Origin: Malacoraja senta
Taxonomy: Eukaryota
DNA: 64,000 nt
Assembly: GCA_038087875.1 (NCBI GenBank)
Contig: CM075999.1
Location: 1,428,001-1,492,000 of the forward strand
Direction: 5' to 3'
Part shown: piece after piece, positions 12,440-25,208 of the stretch
How the letters are laid out: each line of letters begins with the position of its first letter
How positions within the stretch are numbered: position 1 is the stretch's first letter
Made by a program: the position numbers and the translations under genes
The notes under the pieces: generated by a model
Told to the model about the DNA's origin: nothing
Database searches by the model: none
What the model saw: only the letters and a program-made list of their open reading frames with translations

Positions 12440-13920
12440 TTCAAATACACTACGTCTACAGGTTCCATTCTATCAAAGATGTAAAGCAGAGAATCTGTCG
12501 ATGTAGTACATCGATGTAGGAACATTTTGATTTCCAGAGGTCACTTAACAAGGTTTAACACTTTTGAACAGAGACGAGGAAACACTTGTTCTCACAGAGA
12601 GTGGTGAGTCTGTGGAATTCTCTGCCTCAGAGGGCGGTGGAGGCAGGTTCTCTGGATGCTTTCAAGAAAGAACTAGATAGGGCTCTTAAAAATAGCGGAG
12701 TCAGGGGATATGGGGAGAAGGCAGGAACGGGGTACTGATTGGAGATGATCAGCCATGATCACATTGAATGGCGGTGGTGGCTCAAAGGGCCAAATGGCCA
12801 ACTCCTGCACCTATTGTCTATTGTCTAAGGTGCCATGTCGTGGCTGCTGTACAAAATTGGAGTTCAGCATATTGGGGGGCTGCTTTAATGTGAATCGAAA
12901 ATTGGTTATCACATAGAAAACAAAAAGTCAGAACAAATATGTCTTTTTCACACTCAAAGAATGTAACTAATGAAATGCGCCATGAATCAGTTCTTGACCC
13001 GCAATTATTTGTTATCTATATTAATGACTTGGAGGAGAAAGCAGAATTAAGGCATTCAAGTTTGCTGAAAACGAAAATAGGTGGGAGGGCGTGCTGCGAT
13101 GAAGATATATGGGTTTTAATTCAAGATATAGGTAGGTCGAGTGAGTGGGTGAAAATTGGTAAAATGTTGTTGAATGTGAGAGATCAGCAACTTCAATAGG
13201 AGGAATCAAATGGCAAACTATGATCCGCATGGAGAGAGTGACAGAGGGATCTAGATGCTCTTGGGTATAAAAAACAAAATATTAGCATGCCGGAGCACAA
13301 GTTATTGGAAAGGCAAATGGCACAGTGACCTTTATAACAAATAGGTTGGAATTTAGAAATAAAGTACTGTTACAATTATACAGGGTGCTGGCAAGGCTGC
13401 ACCTGAAGTAACATGGCTAGTTTTGATCCTGTTATTTGTAACAAGCATTTGTGATTCATGAGCATTGAGAGAGATTCATTCATCTAATTCCTTGCGAAAA
13501 GGTTTTCCTATGATGGATGATGAAAAAATTTAGATATATACATTCTTTGAAGATTACAAGAATAAGAGGTGATTTTACTGAAACATTTAAAATGACAAGG
13601 AAACACAACATGATAGATGTTGAGATGTTTCCACCAGCGGGAGAATCCTGATCGAGGGGACACAGTTACAAGATAGGAGGCTGATCATTTAAAACTGGGC
13701 TGTATAAAAATGTCTTCTCATGGAGAGTGGTGAATCTCTGGAATTCTCCACCCTGGAGGAGAATCATGGAGGTATCTAAAACCAAGGTGGATAGCGTACG
13801 GAAAGATTAGATAATTGAGACCGATGGGGAAATGGCACAGAACAGTTGAGGCCTGGATCATGCTGAATTGCGGGGTAGTTTTGAAAGTTTTGCTCCTGTT
13901 ACTGTTTTCCTGTGTGCTTG
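12440..13920 (+). mobile_element. Old, degraded CR1 RT region with a younger CR1 3' end nested at 12555-12826
   Basis: Degenerate DFQ..NKVP, SVLDPQLFVIYINDL and KTKIGG motifs. The nested piece ends in (ctattgt)n and is flanked by AAGGT repeats (12550-12554 and 12827-12831). Confidence 0.75.
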
Positions 13921-15320
13921 TATGACTACACTAACCAAAGCTGCATAAACTTACCTTTTCTAACCATTACAGAGCTGGCCGCACCCTACACCTTGCATGC
14001 AATCTTTCGGATGTTAGTTCCGTCTCTTAAGATGGCACGGTTATCTTGGATTTGGAGGCGAGAGATTTAAGTTCCAATCTAATGACTTGAGTACACAACT
14101 GAAGCTTTCAATCCCAACATGGGCCTGGGAAACAAATTAAACCATGATCTAATTTTCCCTTTCAGATGGACATGCTCTCATGGCACTAATGTGAATGGCA
14201 AAGTTCTTCCCATTCCGCAACTATCAGTCATGCCAACTATTAAATTACTTAAGATGGACACAAAGTGCTTGAGTAACTCAGCGGGTCAGGCGGCATCTCT
14301 GGAGAAAATGGATTGCGACGTTTCGGGTCGGGATCCTTTTTCAACCAGAGAATTCTGAGCATGATTCTTTGAAAGGGCGTTGCAGGAATGGTAGGTAGGC
14401 ACAAAATGCTGGAGTAACTCAGCGGGACATCAGCATCTCTGGAGAGAAGGAATGGGTGACGTTTCGTATAGAGACCCTTCTTCACACCTTCCTTTCCTTT
14501 ACAAGAAAGGTGTCGCGGATGAAGAATCGCAATTGCATGAATAGTGCGGAGAAGCTGGGGTTGTTCTATTGGAGCAGTGGAGGTACGATGAAGTTCAAAA
14601 TTTACAAATAGTTTTAACAGAGTAAACAATGAAAAACGGCATCATGTAGCAGGAGGGTGATGAGGGCAGATTTGAAGTGCTTGGCAGCAGAACAAGAACT
14701 GATAAGAGGCAACATTTCTTTACACTGAGAACGGCACTGCCCAGCAGGTAAGCGGAAGCGGACTCATTTGTTGCTTTCAACAGAGAACTGAATAAATAGT
14801 TGAAGGGGAAGAAAATAAAAGGACTCCAGGAAAAAAACTTAGGGGACTGGGGTTAGTTGATGAAGTCTAATGAAGTGAAAGAACAAAAATGCCCTCAGAG
14901 CAATAGTTCTCTACAAGTCTAATTGATTAATGATGCTACTCAGAATGGGTTTCCTTCTTTTCATTACCCACTCCATTTTATTTCTTCTTTTACTGAAGAT
15001 GTGCACTGTGACTTGGATGCAACACCCTTGGTGCCTTCTGTCTCTTCCAGCTTCCCCCAGCAGCATCTCAGAAGGCTTAAGACAAACAATGAATGGAACA
15101 AATGAACTTGAATCCTTTTACATCACAGGTCTTTTCATTCGGTGTCCAACAGGGGGGAGGGAGTAAGTCCTATGAAGAATTCCGTTTCAATGACTTTTAA
15201 AATGTACAATATTCTGTGGACAGGCTGAATGGGTTAAAATAGGAGAACATTTTACATGTTAAACTGGTCTTTCAAACTCTGAAAGCAGTGTCCTCCGGGG
15301 GGGGGGCACTAGTTTCTTAC

Positions 15321-15488
15321 CTGCAGAGGTTTCCTTGAACTTGTCACTGCTTTTCTTTTTCCTCCATTTCCACGGTTTGAATATTTTGCCAAATCCTGGG
15401 AATTTCCCCTTCCTCCGTGCCGTGGGAGTATTCGACCCGGAGACGTCATTTCCTGAGCCCACTGGCAGACGAGGCTCCTCTTCCTCAG
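15321..15488 (-). CDS. PHACTR4: PHACTR4-like coding exon (EEEEPRLP...RRKGKFPGFGKIFKPWKWRKKKSSDKFKETSA)
   Basis: Phactr-family basic motif GKIFKPWKWRKKK; the GFGKIFKPWKWRKKKSSDKFKETS form is PHACTR4-like. Acceptor tcatgttttcAG at 15490-15489; donor G|GTAAGA at 15320. 168 nt, phase 1/1. Confidence 0.95.
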
Positions 15489-15617
15489 CTGAAAACATGA
15501 ATTAGAGGAGACACAGTTCAGTTAAATTCAGAGGTGCCAATTGGGAATTGAATGCTGAGCAGGACTACGTAGAGGATACAATCCTTAATCACTTGAAGAG
15601 ATTACTTTCACATGCTT

Positions 15618-15965
15618 TGATAGAGTGGATATGGAGAGACTATTTCCACCAGTGGGAGAGTCTAGGTCCAGTGGTCATAACCTCAGAATTTAGGACGTTC
15701 CTTTAGGAAGGAGATGAGGAGGAATTTCTTTAGAGGGTGGTGAATCTGTGGAATTCATTGCCACAAAAGGCTGTGGAGGCCAAGTCAATGGACATTTTTA
15801 CGACAGAGACAGAAAGATTCTTGATTAGAACTGATGTCAGGGGTTAAGGGGGAGAATGCAGGGGAATAGGGTTAGGAGGGAGAGATAGATCAGCCATGAT
15901 TAAATGCAGAGTAGACTTGATGGGCCGAATGGCCTAATTCTGCTCCTATCACATAAACTTATGAA
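15618..15965 (+). mobile_element. CR1-clade LINE 3' fragment
   Basis: Similar to 57950-58260. Confidence 0.8.
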
Positions 15966-17182
15966 GTCATTCTCAATATCAGTCAGCACATGAAAGCATT
16001 TTTCTCCAATGTTTAATAAAGAAAATAGTTTAGCAAAATGATACTGAGATATGTACAAAATACCACAGACCTATGGATAGGATAGGTTTAGAATGGGTAG
16101 GATAGGGTTAGAAGGTTATGGGCCAAATGCATGCGAGTGCGACTAGTGTAAATGGGGCACGTTGGTTGGCATGGGCAGGCTGGGCCAAAGGGCCTGTTTC
16201 CACGCTACATGAAGATCCTTCAAAGAAATGGGTTCCTAGAGAACAGTAGTTAAAACCCTCCTGGGATATGCATAGTGATGCTTCAAAAGATGTTATGAAT
16301 GAAATCTCTTGTTTTATTTCATTACAACATTCTCATTTTTGTAATGTTAGTTTTCAATTGAATAACAACAGTTATTGGGTATTTTAAACCGGTGACTAAA
16401 TTTCAGCGTCAAGGAAAGGCAATTATGTTGCCATTATCCTGAAGAATTAAATTGCAGATTGCACATTGCCTCTTATGCACATATTGCACTTCCGATATTC
16501 GGATTATTTTTCCATTGTAAATAAAGGCACATAAATGACTCATATTTATCTATATTTGCTTGAAAACCACACTTTTCAACCTGCCAAACGCTAAACCAAA
16601 GGCAAAAATCTGTCACAGTATTGAACACAATAGCAAAGATTTAGAAATGCATTGATTCGTACAAGGTTAGAGCAGATTCTTTTAAAGCTTAAGCAGATTA
16701 TAGCAGACAGAACTGACAACACTGGATATAGATGTTGCATAAGGGTGTTCAGGAGCATTTCATACTTCCTACTGCCTTATCATGAAACCTTCATTAAGCA
16801 AGCAAGATATGTTTTCTTTACATAGCACTCTGACTATGATATGATGACAAATGGAATTATTTACCCTTTAGTTCAGGTTTTCCATCTGGCAAAGAGCGGT
16901 AGTTCACGACTGAATTGATGGAAAATATCTGTTCATGTTTCCATTGTGTAAACGGTCACCAAAGAAAGTAATCACCTGTCTGCTATCAGTAGCTAGCTAT
17001 TTTCAGATCTACATGTTAACACCTGGACCATCATACACTCTTGGTATTAGGTAGCGCTAAAACCAAATTAAATCTGAACGTTGCCATTAATCCAAGAGAA
17101 AGGAGTGAAAAAGGGAGAATAGAGTAATCGTTAAGCCATTAGGAAAGCTATGGCAGATGGTTTTCCAATAAAGGTAAAATTA

Positions 17183-17473
17183 GGGCGGCACAGTGGTAGA
17201 GTTTCTGCCTTACAGCACCAGAGACCCAGGTTCGATCCTGACTACGGGCGCTGTCTATACAGAGTTTGTACATTCGCCCTGTGGGTATTTCCACATGGGT
17301 TTTCTATGGGTTTCTAGTTTCCTCATACACTCCAAAGACATAGAGGCTTGTAGTTAATTGACCTCTGTAAATTATACATTGTCCCTAAAGTGTAGGATAG
17401 TGCTGGTGTACGGGATGATCACTGGTCGGCGCGGACTCAATCGGTGGGCCGAAGGGCCTATTTCCACACTGTA
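17183..17473 (+). mobile_element. tRNA-derived SINE (HE1/V-SINE-like)
   Basis: A-box-like start, B box GGTTCGATCC, central gagtttgtac-ttc-ccc-gtg...gtttcctc-cacactccaaagac domain, and CR1-type tail gggccgaagggcct-tttcc. Confidence 0.85.
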
Positions 17474-18475
17474 CCCATTATTTAAAAATCCCTAATGAAA
17501 ACTAATGAAACTGATGCGCAAAGAGACAACCAGCTGTAATGCCAGGCAGACAAACAATAACTTTAAGTACAAGAAAGGAGCAGGGGCGAGGGTAAGAGGG
17601 GGTAAGGGATATGGTTATGGAAGGCAGGGTAAGGGCAAGGGAAGGTGGGGTCGGTGGGGGAGTGAGGATTAATGGAGAGAGGGTTTTGGAGGGTGGTTCG
17701 AGGGTTAGGTTAGAGATGAGAACAGGGGGGTTAGCTGAGGGAGGACTGGGATTGGCGAAGGAACAAGGCGAGAGGGCAAGGAAGGGGCAAGAGAAGGTGG
17801 GTGTGGGAATCTGCCAAAAATACGTTTGAGCAAATGAAAATCAGTAAAAGTATGAGCATCACGCATTGGAGAAACAAAATATGTCAGGAAGAAAGACTGT
17901 AGGATTTTCTATCAGTCGAGAGAAGATGCGGAACATTCTTCCATCTTAAACCTGTGGCTGTGGCTTGTTTTCACTGACAGATAATGGTCGCTTTCATTAA
18001 AAAGAATTAAGACACATTTTGTCTCATTTCCAAGGTTCCTGGAACGCCCGATCCCTGTATACATGAAGGTACAACTTACACAAGGCCTACAAGTCTCTTC
18101 CTTAGCTAACACACCATGGAGTGAAATTTGAGCTGTAGCAGCCTTTTGGAGTCCTCAAATTCCTATCATCTCATCAGTTCACCTGCGCCAGAATGCAGTA
18201 ACACCATCCAACAAACCGAATGCCCGCGACATCACACAATACTTACCACAAACGTCTGCCTCACGCACCTTAGAAAACGAAGCGTGCCCCATTCCAAATC
18301 TTTTTCCTGTGCTATTTATTTTAACAATCATGTAGTCCCAGGAACACTAACAATGTGAAAAACTTCAGTTGGACATAACAAGTCAGCAACAGGTAAGAGG
18401 CGTTCCCAGCGATTTGACTTGTTCTCTTTCTATTCTCAAGAGGTGTCCCTGGGTTCATAAATAAGATAATCTTAC

Positions 18476-18512
18476 GACTTCCCGTCTCACCCGAATGCCT
18501 ATCATTCCTCAT
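18476..18512 (-). CDS. Candidate alternative first coding exon of PHACTR4: MRNDRHS(GETGS)
   Basis: ATG at 18512 followed by two phase-1 donors (G|GTGAGA at 18490, C|GTAAGA at 18475). Non-repetitive, mildly CpG-enriched context. No homology confirmation. Confidence 0.3.
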
Positions 18513-18577
18513 TGCAGATTACGTGAAGCCAGAGGTTAGAGCGGGAGGAGCTTAGATCCACAAATCCAAAGAGAGAG

Positions 18578-18648
18578 GTGTGTGTATGTGCGTGCCTGTT
18601 TGTGTGTGTGTTTGTGTGTCTCTGCCTGTGTGCGTGTCTGTGTGTGTC
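18578..18648. repeat. Imperfect (GT)n microsatellite
   Basis: gtgtgtgtatgtgcgtgcctgtttgtgtgtgtgtttgtgtgtc... Confidence 0.85.
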
Positions 18649-19139
18649 TCTACATTCTCATGTAAACATTTTAGTGGAACCCCAATTCTGCAATGCATAC
18701 AATAAATTGTAAACTGGCCTAGACAAAGACACCAGTTGAGAGCTCAGGTAAACCTTGTTGTTAGTGATTTCCATTCATTATTTTCCTTCACGCCCTATCC
18801 TGAAGCACTCTGCGGTGGGGAGGAGTGATGGGGTGAGGAAGTTAATGCTGTCAAAGCAACTAGAGTATTTTAAAAAGTGCCTCATGGTAACTGCAAATGC
18901 ACTCGAGATTGTCAAAGAATAAGGATACTTGCAAAAGAGGAGTGCAGTGCAGATTTCAGAGTGACTTCTGCAAAGGTGGGTATATGTCATACGAGGAGAT
19001 TGAGAATGGCAAATCTCTATTATGTAAACTTTGGAAGAATGAGAAGGATTGGTATTAATAGAAACAAGAAAGTGCAAGTGCTGGTTTAGAGACAAGGACA
19101 CAAAGTGCTGGAGTAACTCAGCCGGTCAGGCTGCAATAT

Positions 19140-19550
19140 TGCTATTAGTTTATTATTGTCACGTGTATCGAGATACAGTGAAATGCTTTGTTTACGTGCT
19201 ATCCAGTCAAATCATACTATACACAAATACAATCAAGCCATACACAAGTGTAACAGGGTAATGGAGAGAGAAAAATACTAGGGTGCAGAATATTGTGTTA
19301 TCATGTTACAATTGTAGAGGAAAAATGTGTAAGGTCAGTAATGAGGAAGGTTGGGAGATCGGCATATGGGAGGACCATTCGCTAGTCTGATAACTCTGTC
19401 TGACAGAAGAGGGAATGACTGGGGTGAAAATGATCCTTGACTAGGTCGGTTGCTTTCCTGAGGCAGCATGAAGTGTACAATGAATTGATGGCAGGAAGGA
19501 TAGTTTGTGTGATGGATTGGGCTACATTTCTACAACTTCTTGGGATCTTG
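19140..19550 (-). mobile_element. Degraded Rex1/Babar-like LINE 3' fragment
   Basis: AQSITQTILPAINSLYTSCCLRKA..LVKD..HPSHSLF; tail tttattattgtcacgtgt-cgagatacagtgaaa on the + strand. Confidence 0.65.
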
Positions 19551-19939
19551 GGCAACCTCATCAAAATGTTAAAAAAGATTCTTAGAGGGCTCTGTAGGGT
19601 AGATGGGGGGGGGGGGGGGGAGGAGCACACACCCTTTAGCTAAAGGGTGAGTTTCAAAATAAGTAATCTGCTGTTTAGGACAATGCTTGGAAGGTGGTGA
19701 AGGTTTGGAAGTTTCTACCCTGGAGGGCAGAGCTTGCTCAGTCATCAATTATATTAAACACAGCTCAATAGATGTCTAGAAGTTAAAGGAATTGCAAATG
19801 GATGCAAAAACAATGATGCAAAATAGATCAGCCATAATCTAGTTGAACAATGAAGCAGGCTCAATGGCTGTATGTCATCATTCTGCTCCTAATTTCTATT
19901 CCTAAAGAAACTGAACAACAATTTAATTGTCTTTACATT

Positions 19940-20500
19940 TCTGAAATAAACCTTATGCAGAATTAAAAATATATACAAAATAAAAACTGTGCAAAAACTC
20001 TTCATACATTCTCAGTGTCTACACATCCAATAGTGGCAAGCTCAGTAGTGTTTGCACCTATCTTTAAACAAAACACACTTGCCACTCATGTTGCCCCCTT
20101 CCCTTGTATAAGGGGTGACTCCACAGGATTGTGCTCCACAATGTTCAGCAGCGGAAGGATCCCAGACTGTGGTCCTCCCCAGAGCCTTGACGTTGGCTGC
20201 ACCAAGCCTCAGTACGTACTCCTGCAGTCTACAATGGGCTAGTCACCAACATTCCCTGAAGGACATCTCATCATGCTGGAAGACCAACAAGTTTCAGGCA
20301 GACCAAAGAGTGTCTTTCACCGAGTTGATGATCTTCCAGCAACATCTGATGTCTGTCTCCGAATGAGTCCCTGGGAACAACCCTTAAATCAGAAGTCCTC
20401 TGTTACGGAACTGGTCGGGATGAATCGTGACAAGAACCCTTGGAACCTTCTCCAGACCCTTTGAAGAGGTGGGCATCTGTCTCTTCTCCTTAGCAGCCGT
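19940..20500 (-). mobile_element. L1/Tx1-like LINE 3' fragment
   Basis: Minus-strand reading gives ...GLFPGTHSETDIRCCWKIINSVKDTLWSA*NLLVFQ..., resembling a Tx1-type ORF2 C-terminus. Confidence 0.6.
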
Positions 20501-20507
20501 CCTGAAG

Positions 20508-21064
20508 GAGATATGCATGCCTCCAGTTGGCAATGTAGTGTTCCAATCTCTCCAGGACTCGCATATCCCCTCCAGTAACCTATTCCCATTACTGTAGTAG
20601 ACAGTCATTCAGTGATAACATGCTCCTTTAGCTGATAGATCCTTGCGGTGTGGTTCCCTGAGCAGACTGCCCTGTTTGCCTGGCAAAATGTCCATGATGC
20701 CACCTATTTTAATGCCATCTGCAAACGTACTAAACATGCCTTGTATATTCTCATCCATAAAGTCGATATAGATGGCAAAGAGCAATGGGTCATGCATCGA
20801 TCCACAAGGCACACCATAAGTCACAAGCCCCCAGACCGATAAACAGGTCTACAGGTCAGGAAGACAAGCAGCCAGTTTTTAGATGAAGGTGACAAGGCCA
20901 AGGTCTGGGAATTTGAGATATGCATGCCTCCAGATGGCAATGTACTGTTCCAATCTCTCCAGGACTCACTGATCTCCTCCAGTAACTCTCTCCCAATTAT
21001 CTCCTATTACTGTTATAGACATTCATTCAGTAGTAACATCCTCCTGTAGCTGCATGCTCTTTGC
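20508..21064 (+). repeat. ~140-bp diverged direct repeat (20508-~20646 and 20915-~21064) bracketing a minus-strand CR1 RT fragment (~20685-20830)
   Basis: Both copies begin gagatatgcatgcctccag-tggcaatgta-tgttccaatctctccaggactc. The intervening ORF reads VP.GS...PLLFAIYI...D...STFAD..KIGG. Confidence 0.8.
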
Positions 21065-21640
21065 ATTATCGAATGCCTCTTTAAGACCTCACTTCAAAGA
21101 TTGCACGATGCATTAAACGACAGTGGCTGTACGAATTTACAACACATAATAGGAAATGCCATACTGATGCCGAAACATCAATTTCAGCTCAGCGTTACAC
21201 TGAAAACCAAATAATGCTGCTCTAAGACCCTTATAATTGAAGATCTTAAATTTTATGGGGCTAAGTTAACACTGTTAGATTCACCCATTAAACATATGAA
21301 CACCATTAAAAGGCAGGAATGCAATTTCTAGCTCAAGGTCTTAAAAGAGGAGAAAACCTCGCGAGCGAGATGGAAATAAATGAGCACAAGTTCTAAACCG
21401 ATGAAGTTACAAATACAATGAAATAGCAAATGTTAGTTGCCGAGGCCAATTTCGAATGAGTGCAAGCATGGTTCAATAGAGGGAGGTGTTCAAGTTGAGG
21501 AGCGTAGTGAGGAGATATCAGATGAACCAGAAGCCGATGTACACCACCTAGTGAGCAAATTGGAAACGATGCTGAATAGGCAATAGAGTTTTTGAATGTT
21601 GAATTGTGGAGAAGATGGAAGATATGAAGATGGAGAGGAA

Positions 21641-21925
21641 GCGGCACGGTGGCGTAGCAGTAGAACTACTGCCTCACAGCGCTAAAGATCCGAGCTTGAT
21701 CCTGACTACGGGTGCTGTCTCTACAGAGTTTGTATGTTCTCCCTGTGATCTGCAAGGGTTTCCTCCCACACTCAAAGACAGACAGGTTTGTGGGTTAATT
21801 GGCTTGGTATAAACGTATAAATGTAAAATAGTCCCTAGTGCGTGTAGATAGTGTTAATGTGCGGGGATCGCTGGTCATGTGCGCACTCGGTGGGTCAAAG
21901 GGCCTGTTTCCGCGTTGTATCTCTA
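21641..21925 (+). mobile_element. tRNA-derived SINE (HE1/V-SINE-like)
   Basis: Same architecture as 17183-17473. Confidence 0.85.
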
Positions 21926-24322
21926 AAAAAAGCTTTAGGGGAGTTGTGGTCCAGTAATACAGCAGGTGGGCCATACTAAACGCCAAGTAGGCAATGCTTT
22001 CAAATGGACAAAGACAATCCCACTATGTCTGAAGAAGGGTTCTGACCTGAAATGTGACCTGCTCCCTTTCTCCAGAGATGCTGCCTGACCCACTGAGTTA
22101 TTCCAGCACTTTGTGTCTATCCTGATGAGATATTTGTTTTTAAACTATATTAAAAAGTGGTATAGAAATTGAAAAAAAATTGAAACAGAACATGTTGAAT
22201 ATATTCAGGAGATTAGCGAGAGAGAGAACAAGATTTGCATATTTACTGGTCTCTGTACTGGGCCTGAAGCCTCCACGCTGCTCACTCCCACTCTCCTGGG
22301 TTTGACTCCACTGGGTCCTAGCGCTAGTCTGCCCAGCCCTGGTGACCTCGGCGTTAGTTCCATTGATTCTTCCCCATCCTTCTCCAACTATGGGACCCCT
22401 TCTCTTCCCCACCCACACTACAGGCCTCTCACCCCCCCCACCCCCTCACCACCCACCACCCCCCCCCACCACACATTGCCTCGTCCCCATTCCACCCACC
22501 TGCCTTCCTCCGGCCCCAACCCCCATCCCTGCCGGGTGTTCACCATCCCCCCCGACCTCCCCCTCTTCGACATCGAACGGTCTGTCCTCAGCAGAGGTCT
22601 TACCTTTGTCCCCCTCCGTCCCCACCTCAATGAGTTCCGCGCCCTCCATGACTTGGAACGCTTCTACCGTCGCCTCCGCCTCACAGCTCACTTCCATGGG
22701 AAGAAGTCCTCGCCCCCCACTGATGACCCCTTTTCCCGTCTCCAACGCACCCCCTCCTCGTGGAACCCCCCTCGTAGCCTTCCGGCTTTAGAACTCTTCA
22801 TCAAAAACTGCCGCCGTGACATCAACCGCCTCAACTTCTTCACTCCCCTGTCTCACTCCAATCTCTCCCCCCTGAACGCACTGCCATCGACTCACTCCGC
22901 AACAACCTAGATTGGGTTATCAAACCCGCCGACAAGGGAGGTGCCGTGGTAGTCTGGCGCGTCGATCTCTACAAAGCTGAGGCCACGCGCCAACTCTCGG
23001 ACACCTCCTCCTACTTACCCCTGGACCATGACCCCACTGACGAGCACCAGGCCACCATCTCCAGCACCATCACCGACTTCATCCACTCCCACGCCCTGCC
23101 CGACCGAGCCTCCAACCTCATCGTTCCCCAGCCCCGCACAACCCGCTTTTACCTTCTCCCCAAAATCCACAAACCTGACTGTCCCGGTAGACCCATTGTC
23201 TCTGCCTGTTTGTGCCCCACCGAACTCATCTCCACCTACCTCGACTCCATCCTATCCCCCTTGGTTAAATCCCTCCCTACCTATGTTCAAGACACCTCAG
23301 ACACTCTCCGTCGTCTCCGCGCATTCCACTCTCTAGGCCCTCACCCCCTCATCTTCACCATGGACGTCCAGTCATTGTACACCTCCATCCCCCACCAGGA
23401 TGGTCTCGAAGCCCTCCGTTTTTTTCCTCGACCGTAGAAGCAATCTATACCCGGCCACTGACACCCTCCTCCGCCTAGCGGAGCTGGTCCTTACCCTCAA
23501 TAACTTCTCATTTGGCTCCTCCCATTTCCTCCAAATACAAGGCGTAGCTATGGGCACACGTATGGGCCTCAGCTACGCCTGCCTCTTTGTCGGGTACTTA
23601 GAACAATCCTTGTTCAATGCGTACCAGGGCCCCATCCCCGACCTCTACCTCCGCTACATCGATGACTGTTTTGGTGCCACATCCTGCACCCACACACAAC
23701 TGACTGACTTCATCCGCTTCACCACCAACTTCCATCCGGCACTCAAATACACCTGGACCATTTCCGACACTTCCCTACCATTCCTTGACCTCACTATTCC
23801 ATCGCAGGTGATAGACTTCTTACCGACATCCACTACAAACCTACCGACTCCCATGGCTATCTGGACTACACTTCTTCCCACCCTGCTTCCTGTAAGGACT
23901 CCATCCCCCACTCCCAATTCCTCCGTCTACGCCGCATATGCTCCCAGGATGAGGCGTTCCACACCAGGGCATCCGAAATGTCCTCATTCTTCAGGGAACG
24001 GGGGTTCCCCTCCTCCACCATAGATGAGGCTCGCACCAGGTTCTCTGCCATACCCCGCAACACTGCTCTCTCTCCCCATCCCCCCCACTCACAACAAGGG
24101 CAGAGTCCCCCTAGTCCTCACCTTTCACCCCACCAGCCGTCACATACAACAAGTGATCCTCCATCAGTTTCGCCACCTCCAACGTGACCCCACCACTCGC
24201 CACATCTTCCCATCTCCCCCCATGTCTGCCTTCCGCAAAGACCGCTCCCTCCGTAACTCCCTTGTCAATTCTTCCCTTCCCTCCCGTACCACCCCCTCCC
24301 CGGGTACTTTCCCTTGCCGCAA

Positions 24323-25208
24323 AAATGCGGCAAAAATAATCTAGAACTAAATGTGGAAAAAACAAAGGAGATGTTTGTCGACTTCAGGAGGGCGCAGCCA
24401 AAGCATGCACCCCTTATCATCAGTGGCGCCACAGTGGAGAGCATAAAGTTCCTCGGGGTGCAAATTACGGACAGCCTCACCTGGTCCAGAAACACCACTG
24501 GGACCGTCAAAAGGGCCCATCAGCAACTGCACTTCCTGAGGAAACTAAAACAGGCCTCACTCCCCACCAACATCCTCAGGACTTTCTACAGGGGTACGGT
24601 GGAGTCTGTACTCACGTACTGTTTAAATACGTGGTACTCCACCTGCAACTGCTCAGACAGGAAGGCTCTGCAGAGGGTAGTGAGGGGAGCAGAGAAGATC
24701 ATTGGCATCTCCCTACCCTCGAAACAAGAACTGTTCCTGAGCCACTGTCGGAAAAAAGCTCAAACAATTGCCAAGGACAAAATGCACCCCCTCCACATAC
24801 ACCTGGATCTCCTGCCATCAGGCAAGAGATATCGCAGCATCAAAGCCCGGACTACAAGACTGCTAAACAGCTTCCTGCCATATGCTGTGAGGCTGCTAAA
24901 CAGCCACTCTGTACTCACAGTCACCTGATTCTGCGGCTTGGCACGGACACTATAATAACTGGCACTGGCCACTCAAATCAGCCACCCCGGACATGTTTAT
25001 GATTGGTCTTACTGTACTTTAACGTTGTTTGTATCTATTTTAACTTATACTGTTCCATCAGGGACTGGATTGTTTTAGTGTTGTTATTATTATGTGTGAA
25101 ATGTTTTAAACGTCATGTGCGATGCTCCGGTATTCCCTGGGAAACGTCTTTTCGTTTTGCACTGCACAACTGTTGCTTGCAAGATGATAATAAAGGAATT
25201 GAATTGAA
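24323..25208 (+). mobile_element. 5'-truncated Rex1/Babar-like LINE nested in the Penelope element
   Basis: NNLELNVEKTKEM...KFLGVQITDSLTW...LHFLRKLK...FYRGTVESVLTY...PSGKRYRSIKARTTRLLNSF. AATAAA plus (gaatt)n tail. Removing it restores the Penelope frame FPCRK|RCNTCP. Confidence 0.93.

Noticed and set aside
17183..17260. tRNA gene (A/B boxes); likewise at 21641, 26253 and 55721
   Set aside because: These are SINE heads: each continues into the same central domain and LINE-type tail, with no complete cloverleaf.
25003..25208. Hydrophobic N-terminus fused to GIY-YIG (199-aa ORF) as a novel membrane nuclease
   Set aside because: The N-terminal part is the T-rich 3' UTR of the nested Rex1, coincidentally in frame with the Penelope endonuclease.
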